64,000 bases of DNA, taken from Patescibacteria group bacterium (GTDB taxonomy: Bacteria; Patescibacteriota; Minisyncoccia; JAHISW01; Tagabacteraceae). The stretch spans positions 15,173 to 79,172 of the forward strand of contig JBHPEK010000001.1 of NCBI GenBank assembly GCA_042577045.1, in the 5' to 3' direction. A model generated the notes under the pieces. It saw only the letters and a list, made by a program, of their open reading frames with translations, searched no databases and was not told where the DNA came from. The position numbers were made by a program, and so were the translations under genes. Below, in pieces: positions 1 to 8,872 of the stretch. The stretch's first letter is position 1, and the number at the start of each line of letters is the position of its first letter.

Positions 1-42
1 GCAGAAAACAAAGAAAATATCCAGGAAATTTTATTGGAATAA
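1..42 (+). CDS. 3' end of an unidentified CDS entering from upstream (ends ...NIQEILLE)
   Basis: Open frame from the window edge to TAA at 40-42; too short to identify. Confidence 0.3.
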   Translation, partial: AENKENIQEILLE

Positions 43-51
43 GGCCAGACC

Positions 52-80
52 CAACTATCGAGATCCGATCTCAATAGTTG
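52..80. repeat. TCSGA-centred palindromic element, class E (CAACTAT outer arms)
   Basis: caactatcgagaTCCGAtctcaatagttg; 14-nt arms with 1 mismatch, centre C at 66. Confidence 0.8.
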
Positions 81-196
81 AAAATAACTTTTTCTAATTT
101 ATAGCAACTTCTGCTCCAGAATACAATAGATAGTGAGTTCCAAACCCGCCCAAGGCGGATAAACTCCATCCCCACAGGTCACTACAAAAGCAAAAA

Positions 197-218
197 CCCC
201 GAGTGTTTCCACTGGGGG
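197..218 (-). terminator. Rho-independent terminator of CDS 287-601
   Basis: ccccgagtg/cactgggg stem with a T-run on the minus strand. Confidence 0.6.
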
Positions 219-286
219 TTTAGATTGTTACTCATTATTGAATCAACTCAGAATATTTCTCAATCACACTTTGGTCATTACTAGAC

Positions 287-601
287 CTAATCAAAACCAG
301 TTCTGGTGTACTGACATGTCTCCGTCTTCTTCCCAAAGTCTCTGGCAAGAGCGAAATCTTCTTTTATACCCGGCCAAAACATAATAGGCCAGGAAAATGA
401 AGCCAAGAGTCCACACATAACAGCCAACAAGGAAGTTGCTATATCGTTTATACCCGCCAACAGCGACTGCATGCCGAACGTAAACATCCCACACCATAAT
501 CCTTCCATACAAACTGCGATAACCGAAAAACTAATTGCCTGAAACCATGCACTCAGTTTTGTTTTAGGTGCTCCCTGCATTAAGTTGTAAACTACAATCA
601 T
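287..601 (-). CDS. small integral membrane protein, unknown function
   Basis: ORF 287-631; AAGGAGG lies 6 nt upstream of the internal ATG at 601; hydrophobic helices. Confidence 0.5.
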   Translation of the reverse strand: MIVVYNLMQGAPKTKLSAWFQAISFSVIAVCMEGLWCGMFTFGMQSLLAGINDIATSLLAVMCGLLASFSWPIMFWPGIKEDFALARDFGKKTETCQYTRTGFD

Positions 602-772
602 ATCATCCTCCTTTTCAATGTTCTTTTCCACCTCAAAAATACCACAACCACCATATTTGTCAAGAGGTAAGAAAACAGCCCGAAATAAGCTACTTTATCG
701 CCTCTTTCCTCACAGGTGACAGATTTATAGTCATAAATATTGAAGATGTTAGATTGGACTAGAAAACAAAAA

Positions 773-792
773 ACAGTCGCGAATGCGACTGT
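773..792. terminator. bidirectional stem-loop terminator
   Basis: acagtcgc/gcgactgt stem flanked by an A-run and a T-run. Confidence 0.6.
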
Positions 793-803
793 TTTAATTT
801 TAT

Positions 804-1025
804 TTACCCATAATGCGGGATGCTTCTTGTTTTTCCTGTCTGAACTTTTTCCCAAACGAGAGTCTCTCCTTCATCGCTACTCTTGTCTACCGCCATTCCG
901 AGTTTAGCGAATCTTATCAAAAGAGCAGTAACGTTTGTTTCTTCTTTTGCTGCGTGATCTTTAAGCGCTTCCATTAAATTATCGGGGAACATTGCATTTA
1001 CTCTCTTCAAAACATCAACCTCCAT
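804..1025 (-). CDS. putative ribbon-helix-helix (CopG/Arc-like) small protein
   Basis: N-terminal KRVNAMFPDNLMEALKDHAAKEETNVTALLIRFAKLG resembles an RHH fold; overlaps the upstream gene by 11 nt. Confidence 0.45.
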   Translation of the reverse strand: MEVDVLKRVNAMFPDNLMEALKDHAAKEETNVTALLIRFAKLGMAVDKSSDEGETLVWEKVQTGKTRSIPHYG

Positions 1026-1425
1026 CTTCCTTTTTCGGTGGCTTGTCGGCCTCGATGGCTGAGATTATTTTATCGACGATTTCAAGAGCTCTTTCAAAAT
1101 CTGGTTTATGTTTTTGCATTTCAACAACATATTGCCAAAACAGAGAATTTTTGTTGAAACGTCTAAATAGACCACAAACCTGCACACCATCGTTTTGTTT
1201 TTTGTTCATCGGACACTTAGTGCACCGATTTTCAGAACTGTAAACACCTTGCTTTATGTCCCTTTTTATAAATTCATGACAATAAGCACAAGGATCTGCA
1301 ACCTCAAGACCATCAAATCCGTCGTCATTAATAAACCTAATTCTTTGCGCTGTCTTCTCTCGAATTTTCTGCCATTTATCTAGTGAACTCTCCCAACCTT
1401 TTCTAGAAATTTTTAATTCGGTCAT
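1015..1425 (-). CDS. Cys-rich small protein, paralog B of a 3-member family (unknown function)
   Basis: AGGAG RBS; N-terminal RKGWES..KWQKI; CxxC...CxxCP...C; C-terminus nearly identical to paralog A. Confidence 0.7.
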   Translation of the reverse strand: MTELKISRKGWESSLDKWQKIREKTAQRIRFINDDGFDGLEVADPCAYCHEFIKRDIKQGVYSSENRCTKCPMNKKQNDGVQVCGLFRRFNKNSLFWQYVVEMQKHKPDFERALEIVDKIISAIEADKPPKKEDGG

Positions 1426-1491
1426 TTGCTGTCTCCTTTTTCAATATGCAATTTAAACCAAAAGTAGCACAGAATCATTTCGTCGTCAACA

Positions 1492-1524
1492 CACCTGCGT
1501 CGACGTCGGACGTCGACGCAGGTG
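1492..1524. repeat. TCSGA-centred palindromic element, class C (GCGTCGACG arms)
   Basis: Perfect 33-nt odd palindrome cacctgcgtcgacgtc-g-gacgtcgacgcaggtg. Confidence 0.9.
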
Positions 1525-1547
1525 AACAGATACCAAAAAAGTTCAAT

Positions 1548-1570
1548 CCATCGACATCGGATGTCGGGAT
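1548..1570. repeat. TCSGA-centred element, class A (CCATCGACA arms), degenerate right arm
   Basis: ccatcgacaTCGGAtgtcgggat. Confidence 0.7.
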
Positions 1571-1584
1571 TTAAAAACAAAAAA

Positions 1585-1602
1585 CCCCGAAGTGTATCGG
1601 GG
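1585..1602 (-). terminator. terminator of paralog A
   Basis: ccccga/tcgggg stem flanked by A/T runs. Confidence 0.65.
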
Positions 1603-1614
1603 GATTTTTTTATT

Positions 1615-1989
1615 TTACAACTCTTCCTTCGATGGTTCATCAGCCTCGATGGCAGAGATGATTTTATCGACGATTTCAAGAGCTTTTTCAAGATCGGGTT
1701 TATGTTTTTGCATTTCAACAACATATTGCCAAAATAAAGCGTTATTACCAGGAGTATCGAAATTGCTACAGACGTTCTGTTTGAACATGGGACACTCAAC
1801 ACAACACTTGTTGTCAAAAGAATAATCTCTTGTCTTAAACTCAGCACAATAACCACAAGGGTCTGCAACCCGAAGATCCGAAAAACCATCTCGGTTATTA
1901 AATGACTCCTTGTTAAAAGTCTTGGTTCGAATCTTCTGCCATTTCTGCCAAACACTCTCCCAACCCCTTCTGGAAATCTTTTCGGTCAT
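1615..1989 (-). CDS. Cys-rich small protein, paralog A
   Basis: GGAAGGAG RBS before the ATG at 1989 (MTEKISRRGWES...); same Cys pattern as paralogs B and C. Confidence 0.7.
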   Translation of the reverse strand: MTEKISRRGWESVWQKWQKIRTKTFNKESFNNRDGFSDLRVADPCGYCAEFKTRDYSFDNKCCVECPMFKQNVCSNFDTPGNNALFWQYVVEMQKHKPDLEKALEIVDKIISAIEADEPSKEEL

Positions 1990-2213
1990 TATGCACTCTC
2001 CTTCCAATATTTTATTTTGACTCCTTTTTCTTTGGCCAGTTTATCGTCAATAGACATTTCATATTGTTTTTTTAAACAATCTGGACAAATATTCAGACTC
2101 GTAGCATAATCACTCATTTCAACAGCAAAAATAACTATTCGTTTTCTTTTTTTCTTGCAACTCCGGCATTTTATACCAGAATCTACCTGTATTTGTATAG
2201 GAAATATATTCAT
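1989..2213 (-). CDS. small zinc-ribbon protein (CRSC...CPDC)
   Basis: GAGGAGG RBS before the ATG at 2213; its stop overlaps the start of paralog A (TAATG coupling). Confidence 0.5.
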   Translation of the reverse strand: MNIFPIQIQVDSGIKCRSCKKKRKRIVIFAVEMSDYATSLNICPDCLKKQYEMSIDDKLAKEKGVKIKYWKESA

Positions 2214-2288
2214 CTCGCACGCCTCCTCAATTGTCAAATACCTTTAATTTAAGCCAAAGATATCACGAGAAAGTAAGAAAGTCAAGTT

Positions 2289-2486
2289 TTATCTATGCTT
2301 GGGGACCACAAAGATAGCTACTATATAAGCAACTATTCCTGGCACAAAACCAGTAAGCCCAATCAACAGAATCCACAAAACCCGCAGAGCAACAGGATCT
2401 ACTTCAAAATATTCCCCCAAACCACCCAAGATACCCGCAAAGATTTTGTTTTTTTGACTTCGATATAATTTTTTATCTTTTATCAT
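2289..2486 (-). CDS. PspC-domain membrane protein
   Basis: LYRSQKNKIFAGILGGLGEYFEVDPVALRVLW followed by a TM helix, typical of the PspC domain. Confidence 0.7.
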   Translation of the reverse strand: MIKDKKLYRSQKNKIFAGILGGLGEYFEVDPVALRVLWILLIGLTGFVPGIVAYIVAIFVVPKHR

Positions 2487-2511
2487 GGTGTCTCTATGAT
2501 ATAATAAACTT

Positions 2512-3708
2512 ATGCATATTCCAACACCTAGAGATTATTTTTCAGGAAAAATATCACACGGGTTTGTTTCTCTTTATACCGGAAAAGTTCTAATGGGAAT
2601 TTCGGGTGCCCTTTTGGGTCTTTTTCTCCCAATTTTTTTATATGAATTGTTTAACAAAAACTTTGCGTACACGGCTCTTTATTTCGGAATTGGATATTTG
2701 GCCTATGCAATTTGTTTATTCTTCTTTGTCCGGTTTTTAAATAGTTTCGGATTTAGAAAAGCATTAAGAGTTAGCATTCTTTTTGGTACTGGATATTATG
2801 CCACTTTTTACTTTCTAAACGAAATCAACTGGCACTTCTTGCTACCATTGTTGCTAGTAATCCTTACTATTGATAGAATTCTCTATTGGTTGCCTTATCA
2901 TGTAGATTTTGCAAAATTTACTAGCAAGCGAAACCGAAGTAAACAACTAGGGGCACTGGGTGCAACAAGACAAATAGCTGGAATTTTTATTCCTCTTCTT
3001 TCTGGTTTTATTATTAGCAAATATGGATTTGACGTCGTTTTTATAATCGCAGCTATTCTTTATTTGTCCTCTGGTATTCCCTATTTAACACTTCCTAGAA
3101 CAAGAGAAAAATTTAGCTGGAACTATATAGAAACTCTTCAAAATTTAGTTTCCAAAAAGTATAGAAAACAAATGCTCGCTTTTGCCTCTGACGGAGCAGA
3201 GACTGGCATTGCTATGATTGTCTGGCCTATTTTTATGTACCAAATTCTAAATGGTGATTATTTAAAAGTTGGGGCAATCTCCACAATTATTATTGGAATT
3301 TCTGTTACTACTCAATTGATACTCGGAAAAAAACTTGACAAAAAAACAAGCAAAAGAAAAACATTAAAATTGGCTAGTTATTTTTCAGCAGTAGGTTGGA
3401 TTATAAAAGTATTTATCGCCACAACATTTCAAATATTTATTGTGGGGGCTTTCCACAATTTAATAAGAATATTTACCAGAATGCCTTTTGATGCTCTCAC
3501 ATACGAAATAGCCGCCGATGAAGGTCATTATGTCGATGAGTTTACTGTTTTGCACGAAATAGCAATTAGTATCGGGCGAATAATCACAATAAGCCTAGCA
3601 ATTGTGATTTCTATTTTCGCTAATATCGGTTGGGTTTTTCTTTTGGCGGCTATAGCCTCTATACTTTTAAATTTTCTCCGTCCCTCCCCCGAAGATATTT
3701 CTTCCTAA
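2512..3708 (+). CDS. polytopic membrane transporter, MFS-like
   Basis: About 12 hydrophobic segments; TATAAT at 2500-2505 lies 6 nt before the ATG. Confidence 0.55.
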   Translation: MHIPTPRDYFSGKISHGFVSLYTGKVLMGISGALLGLFLPIFLYELFNKNFAYTALYFGIGYLAYAICLFFFVRFLNSFGFRKALRVSILFGTGYYATFYFLNEINWHFLLPLLLVILTIDRILYWLPYHVDFAKFTSKRNRSKQLGALGATRQIAGIFIPLLSGFIISKYGFDVVFIIAAILYLSSGIPYLTLPRTREKFSWNYIETLQNLVSKKYRKQMLAFASDGAETGIAMIVWPIFMYQILNGDYLKVGAISTIIIGISVTTQLILGKKLDKKTSKRKTLKLASYFSAVGWIIKVFIATTFQIFIVGAFHNLIRIFTRMPFDALTYEIAADEGHYVDEFTVLHEIAISIGRIITISLAIVISIFANIGWVFLLAAIASILLNFLRPSPEDISS

Positions 3709-5998
3709 TCTCTGATTCCACTTCACTTAGTGGACGTCCGTATTTCACAGCGGAAGCCTCTTTAACTTCTGACGCCACTTCTGGGCTACCTTTTTCTGGG
3801 GGAATGGTTTGAATATTGAAGGGGCGAGAAGTTTCTCCGTTGACAAGAAGTTTGGCATAAGCGTGATAGTTTGAAATGTTCATTAAGTCTTCCTCTGAAA
3901 AAACTAACTCAAAGTTTTTACTTAGAAATTCAGCATCATCTTTGCCAATTCTAAAAACAACCATAGAACCCACATTTCCAAAAACCGCCTTCCTCGTCTC
4001 CTCTTCTATTTGAGAAATAAACTGGTGGGCAATGGTTAAGTTTAGGCGATATTTACGAGCTTCTGATAAAATTCTAGAAATAGAGCTAGTGGTAACATTT
4101 TGAAATTCATCTATATATAGATAGAAGTCTTTTCTTTCACTTTCTGCTAGATCAACCCGAGCCATAGCTGACATAAAAAGCTTACCAACGACAATCATAC
4201 CCAAAAGACTTGAATTGATTTCCCCAAGCCGACCTTTAGATAAATTGACCAAAAGGATTTTTTGATTATCAATTACTTCGCGAAAATTGAAAGAAGATTT
4301 TTCTTGAGAAATAATTGGCCTCATTATTTCGTTGGCCAAAAAAGTATCAAATTTACTTGTAATGTAAGGAGCCATATTGGCAAGAGCGGCTTCACCGCCA
4401 GCTTTTTCAGCTGACTCTTCCCAGAAATTATTCACAACAACGTTCTTACTTTTAGACAATTTAAGGCGACGAAACTCTTCGTCTACCAATACTCTAGATA
4501 TTTCCAAAAGGGTGTTTCCAGATTCAGGGTCTTCCATTACTAAAAGAGTGGCATTTCTGAAATATTGCTGGAACATTGGCCCTAAACCCTCTGGCGAATC
4601 TGCAAAAAGTTTCTGAAAAATTTCCAAAAGCTCGTTGACAATAAATGTTTTCTGCTCTGGATGCGCAGGGTCGTACTCCAGCATATTTAAACCAAACGGC
4701 CTCTTAACCTCACTTGGGTCAAAATAAATTACATCATCCCACCTCTCTTCTGGTATTTGACCTAAAATATCTTGAATGTCTGAACCGTGTGGATCTATAA
4801 AACAAATCCCACGACCATCTTTAATATCTTGAACAGCCATGTTTTTAAGGAGGGCCGACTTGCCAGTGCCTGTTTGGCCAATAGTATAGAGGTGTCGTCT
4901 ACGATCTTCGGGAGAAAGGTGAATTTCTGTTTCTACTCCTCGAAAATAATTTTTCCCAATTAGCGAACCTTCTTTTGACAGGTTGGGCGGAGCTTCGGTT
5001 TGCCTATCTTTCACATAGCCAGTTTTAGGAGCAAACAACCCCTGCGATGGAAAATGAAAAATACTAGTTAACTCCTCTGTGTTTAAAAATATAGCTTTGC
5101 TTTTATCAAAAAGACGATATGAAAAGTTGTAAAATAGGTTCTTCAAACTACGCCCCTTTAAGTCGTTAGTTACAAAAGAGTTCCCTTGAGTGGAGGAATA
5201 TTGAGAAAACATACTTTTAAGTTGAGTCAAAATTTCATTGGCTCGGTTTTTTGTTTGAGCAGAAACCACTAACCGAACATTGATAGACATTACTTGTTTA
5301 GATATTTTCTTTTCCAGGAGTCTTATTATTTCCGCCCTATTTTCTTTATCCAAAGGATTGGGGTCAATAAACTCTGGCTTTGGTTCAGAGTGAATTGTGC
5401 CGCCAGTAATAACTTTCAAAAATGACTTAGTAAGACTCTCTCCTCCCGCCAAGGATGTTTTAATGGGTTCGCCGGCGTTCAACAAGCTAATTGCTTTTTC
5501 GGCATCATGATTAAAAACGTTTTTACTTGGGTCTATTAGAATCTGCACAGCAGCTCCTTCTTCCTCTCTGTTTAGTTTGGAAAAGGCATTTGCGATAACC
5601 TCTAGGGGGTTGGCACTGAGGTCTTCATAAGTTTTGACTGGCAAAATAGCTTTAGTTCTTAGAGAAATAGTGGTGCCAAGATTTACACCTTTAGTTTTGA
5701 AAACATTGTAGTCTGTAGGTTCTTCGCGAATTTCAGCGTCAGGAAAAATGGAATAGACCTGTTTTTCAAAAAAGGAAACAAACTTTCTTGGCACAGCAGC
5801 GTAGAAATTGGTTTCGTTTTCTGTGGCTGGAGAAACAATTTCCAAAACAAAATAAGGCTGTAGCTCGGACATGCCGGAATAAAATTGTTCCATAACCACA
5901 ACCAGGTCCTTAAAAGATTTCTCATTGTCTTTTTTGGCAAAAGGGAAGCCAACCTCGAGAAGAACTAGGTCTAAAGATTTTTTAAGATTTGTTTTCAT
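3659..5998 (-). CDS. P-loop ATPase of TraG/TraD/VirD4 (coupling-protein-like, DUF87-type) architecture
   Basis: Walker A GQTGTGKS, Walker B FYLYIDEFQ, C-terminal TraD/TraG-like region. Confidence 0.6.
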   Translation of the reverse strand: MKTNLKKSLDLVLLEVGFPFAKKDNEKSFKDLVVVMEQFYSGMSELQPYFVLEIVSPATENETNFYAAVPRKFVSFFEKQVYSIFPDAEIREEPTDYNVFKTKGVNLGTTISLRTKAILPVKTYEDLSANPLEVIANAFSKLNREEEGAAVQILIDPSKNVFNHDAEKAISLLNAGEPIKTSLAGGESLTKSFLKVITGGTIHSEPKPEFIDPNPLDKENRAEIIRLLEKKISKQVMSINVRLVVSAQTKNRANEILTQLKSMFSQYSSTQGNSFVTNDLKGRSLKNLFYNFSYRLFDKSKAIFLNTEELTSIFHFPSQGLFAPKTGYVKDRQTEAPPNLSKEGSLIGKNYFRGVETEIHLSPEDRRRHLYTIGQTGTGKSALLKNMAVQDIKDGRGICFIDPHGSDIQDILGQIPEERWDDVIYFDPSEVKRPFGLNMLEYDPAHPEQKTFIVNELLEIFQKLFADSPEGLGPMFQQYFRNATLLVMEDPESGNTLLEISRVLVDEEFRRLKLSKSKNVVVNNFWEESAEKAGGEAALANMAPYITSKFDTFLANEIMRPIISQEKSSFNFREVIDNQKILLVNLSKGRLGEINSSLLGMIVVGKLFMSAMARVDLAESERKDFYLYIDEFQNVTTSSISRILSEARKYRLNLTIAHQFISQIEEETRKAVFGNVGSMVVFRIGKDDAEFLSKNFELVFSEEDLMNISNYHAYAKLLVNGETSRPFNIQTIPPEKGSPEVASEVKEASAVKYGRPLSEVESEIRKKYLRGRDGENLKV

Positions 5999-6326
5999 CT
6001 TGTAAACTTTTCACCAAATGATCATGGAATTCATCCATCAAAGATTCGGGTAGGTTTTTAGAAACCTTAATAGCATTTAAAATACCTTTTTCTTCTGCAA
6101 TAGAAAAAAGGCGCGAAATGGTTTCTTCTTTTTCTTTGTGACTACTATCTAAGATGTTCTTTTCCATCTCTTTTATTTGTTCTGGCGAATACTGATAATC
6201 TGGTGTGTAAATTTCTTCAGGAGTTAGTTGGGCGTGCTCGGTAACAATTTCTTGAGTATTTTCAGGTGAAGCTGTTATCTTTTCTTGCAACTGTGCCCTT
6301 TCCTGTTGTGGTGTAATTTTTTCCAT
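5982..6326 (-). CDS. acidic hypothetical protein, overlaps the ATPase start by 17 nt
   Basis: Intact ORF, translationally coupled arrangement. Confidence 0.5.
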   Translation of the reverse strand: MEKITPQQERAQLQEKITASPENTQEIVTEHAQLTPEEIYTPDYQYSPEQIKEMEKNILDSSHKEKEETISRLFSIAEEKGILNAIKVSKNLPESLMDEFHDHLVKSLQDENKS

Positions 6327-6423
6327 ACTTTTTATTTTATCACAAAATCCCCGCCCGCAATACCCTGTTGAAAAAAGGTATAGACAAGATAAAAAATATG
6401 ATATAATAAATCTGACGTTATTT

Positions 6424-8256
6424 ATGACTCAAAAAATTATAAATTTTTCCGCATTTGTTATTTTAGCCACCATGTTTGTGTTGTTAATTTCTTCTGCATG
6501 GAACGACTCAGCCACTATGGACGAATTGGCCCATATCCCCGCTGGATACTCTTACTTAACAGAGCAAGATTTTAGAATAAACCCAGAACACCCGCCTCTT
6601 ATCAAAGACCTCTCTGCAATTCCCCTTTTATTTCTAGATTTAAATTTCCCAGTAAACGACCCTTCTTGGTCCACGGCTATTAATGGCCAGTGGGACTTGG
6701 GGAGGATATTCATATATGAGTCGGGTAACAATGCCGACGATATTATAAAATTCTCGCGTCTCCCTATTATGTTTCTAGCAATTTTATTTGGCTGGATGCT
6801 TTTTAGATGGGCAAAAAGTTTGTATGGAGATAAAGTTGCCATTCTCACTCTTTTCCTTTTTGCCTTTTCTCCTACATTTCTGGCTCACTCTAGATATGTC
6901 ACCACGGACTTAGCGGCAGCCTTTGGCTTCTTTCTTGGTTTGGCGGCCTTCATTAATTGGATACAGAAAAATACCACAAAAAGCCTAGTTATCTGTGGTG
7001 TTGCTTTTGGAGTAGCTCAACTTCTTAAATTCTCTTTAGTAATTCTAGGGCCTATTTATATTATCTTGGGAGCACTTTGGGTGTTTTTAGTAAATTACGA
7101 AAAGTTTAGTTGGAGAAAATTTATCAAAGAGCAATTTATAATGCTTGGTAAAATTATCTTAATTGCTTTAATCGGTTTTGTAATTATTATCCCTTTCTAT
7201 ATATTCCACGTTTGGAACTATCCAGTAGAGCGACAAGTAAATGATATTTCGTTCATTTTGCACACCTTTAAGGTGCGATTTCTAGCTGACGCAGTTATTT
7301 GGCTTGCTGGATCAAGCTTAGTTGCGGTGCGTGCTTTGGCTGAATATTTGTTTGGAATTTTAATGGTAATGCAAAGAGCGGCCGGTGGAAACAATGTATT
7401 CCTTCTGGGAGAAGTCGCCAACAAAGGGTGGCCAATCTATTTCCCTCTTTTGTATTTGCTGAAAGAACATCTTGCTCTGCATATTCTAACTTTAATAGGA
7501 ATAATTTTTGGAATAAACAATATCAGAAAAAGTAATGAAAAAACTTTCAAAAATTTCTGTGGATGGTTACGAGAAAATTTTGCACTTACTGCTAGTTTTA
7601 TTTTTCTGGGAATTTATTGGTTACAAGCCATTACCAGTCCACTAAACATTGGAGTGCGACATGTTCTGCCCACCTTCCCTTTTATTTACCTGATTGTTTC
7701 TCGACAGACTATTCGGTGGATTAAGGAGTACGGCGTGGAAACGCCAAAAACTATCTTTGGATGGCTAAAAGAATTCTACCGGCTTTATATTCGACCAATT
7801 AAGCGCGGTTTACTTCTTATTCTTCTTTTAATTTGGATGCTTGCTTCGACAATTTTAAACTTCCCACACTATCTGTCCTACTTTAACGAGTTGGTTGCAG
7901 GTACGCCAAACGGATACAAAATTGCCGTTGACTCAAACTACGACTGGGGACAAGACCTATTGAGACTTCGTGACTATATTGAAGAAAACAACATAGAAAA
8001 CATTGCCATAGATTATTTTGGAGGTGGACACCCAAAATACTACCTAGGCGACAAAGCCCACATCTGGCACTCCAACTCTGGACACCCAATGGATCAGGGT
8101 ATTGAATGGCTAGCAGTGTCCCTAACATTCTTTCAAGAATCACGAGCAGAACCCGTGAAGGGATTTGTACGATTGCCAGCAGACACATTCCCTTGGCTAG
8201 ATGGTGCAGACTTTGTTACCAGAGCAGGGACCTCTATATTTATATATAGATTCTAA
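6424..8256 (+). CDS. GT-C glycosyltransferase (family 39, ArnT/PMT-like)
   Basis: N-terminal MDELAHIPAGYSY motif region, many TM helices, C-terminal soluble domain. Confidence 0.6.
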   Translation: MTQKIINFSAFVILATMFVLLISSAWNDSATMDELAHIPAGYSYLTEQDFRINPEHPPLIKDLSAIPLLFLDLNFPVNDPSWSTAINGQWDLGRIFIYESGNNADDIIKFSRLPIMFLAILFGWMLFRWAKSLYGDKVAILTLFLFAFSPTFLAHSRYVTTDLAAAFGFFLGLAAFINWIQKNTTKSLVICGVAFGVAQLLKFSLVILGPIYIILGALWVFLVNYEKFSWRKFIKEQFIMLGKIILIALIGFVIIIPFYIFHVWNYPVERQVNDISFILHTFKVRFLADAVIWLAGSSLVAVRALAEYLFGILMVMQRAAGGNNVFLLGEVANKGWPIYFPLLYLLKEHLALHILTLIGIIFGINNIRKSNEKTFKNFCGWLRENFALTASFIFLGIYWLQAITSPLNIGVRHVLPTFPFIYLIVSRQTIRWIKEYGVETPKTIFGWLKEFYRLYIRPIKRGLLLILLLIWMLASTILNFPHYLSYFNELVAGTPNGYKIAVDSNYDWGQDLLRLRDYIEENNIENIAIDYFGGGHPKYYLGDKAHIWHSNSGHPMDQGIEWLAVSLTFFQESRAEPVKGFVRLPADTFPWLDGADFVTRAGTSIFIYRF

Positions 8257-8276
8257 AATTTTTATCTTGCGAATCC

Positions 8277-8320
8277 TAAACTTAGCAAATACTTACGATC
8301 GTAAGTATTTGCTAAGTTTA
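8277..8320. repeat. perfect 44-nt even palindrome centred on ACGATCGT (family P)
   Basis: taaacttagcaaatacttacga|tcgtaagtatttgctaagttta. Confidence 0.9.
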
Positions 8321-8404
8321 CTTTTAGATAAGTCTATGCTTATATGTGTACAAGCATGTAGAAGCATTTTTTGAATCTTGACAACCAAATAAAGGAGACT
8401 TGAA

Positions 8405-8836
8405 ATGAAAAGATTGCCGTTTTTCTTGAGTTGGCTTATTTTTGAAAAAATACTTAAAAGACCGCCAGCTAAAGAGGCTGCGGCAAAGGTACGCCAGAGA
8501 ACCCTCTCATGGAACGAAACACATAAAAAGAACAAGTGTACCCATTGTGGCGGAGAAAAGCTACTTAATGCTGTTGGTGGCAATAACGGCCTCCTAAGCT
8601 TCCCCTACACTTTTTATAGGTGTGCAGATTGTGGTAATGAACAGAAAAAAAGTGGAAGATCTACAAGGGATTATTTTACTGAATTAAAAAAGAAGAGGCT
8701 AATAACAGATGATAGATCTCGTCAATACAGAATACTAACAGATGCTAGATCTTATCGATATAGAATACTAAGCGATGAACAATGGATTTATCTCGTGATT
8801 ATACTCATTCTTTTAGTTACATGGCTTTGTGTATAA
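8405..8836 (+). CDS. zinc-ribbon protein with C-terminal TM anchor and an internal tandem repeat
   Basis: CTHCGG...CADCG; AAGGAG RBS; duplicated SRQYRILTD/SYRYRILSD unit. Confidence 0.5.
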   Translation: MKRLPFFLSWLIFEKILKRPPAKEAAAKVRQRTLSWNETHKKNKCTHCGGEKLLNAVGGNNGLLSFPYTFYRCADCGNEQKKSGRSTRDYFTELKKKRLITDDRSRQYRILTDARSYRYRILSDEQWIYLVIILILLVTWLCV

Positions 8837-8852
8837 ACAACAAAAACAAAAA

Positions 8853-8867
8853 CCCCACTTAGTGGGG
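8853..8867. terminator. bidirectional terminator between convergent genes
   Basis: ccccac-tta-gtgggg flanked by A and T runs. Confidence 0.6.
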
Positions 8868-8872
8868 TTTTC

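Noticed and set aside
100-230. Possible small RNA in the 5' intergenic region (gcccaaggcgg hairpin, ccccacagg)
   Set aside because: I could recognise no conserved motif from tmRNA, SRP RNA, RNase P or a riboswitch. The clearest hairpin is explained as the terminator of CDS 287-601.
1492-1524. TCSGA-centred palindromes considered as ordinary rho-independent terminators
   Set aside because: They lack adjacent T-tracts on either strand. They often sit next to a separate canonical terminator, and several lie inside coding sequences.
6347-6357. Shared GC-only 11-mer tccccgcccgc (also at 25603-25613), considered as another repeat family
   Set aside because: Only two copies were seen, and the 6347 copy has no partner arm. 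This is too little evidence without a genome-wide count.
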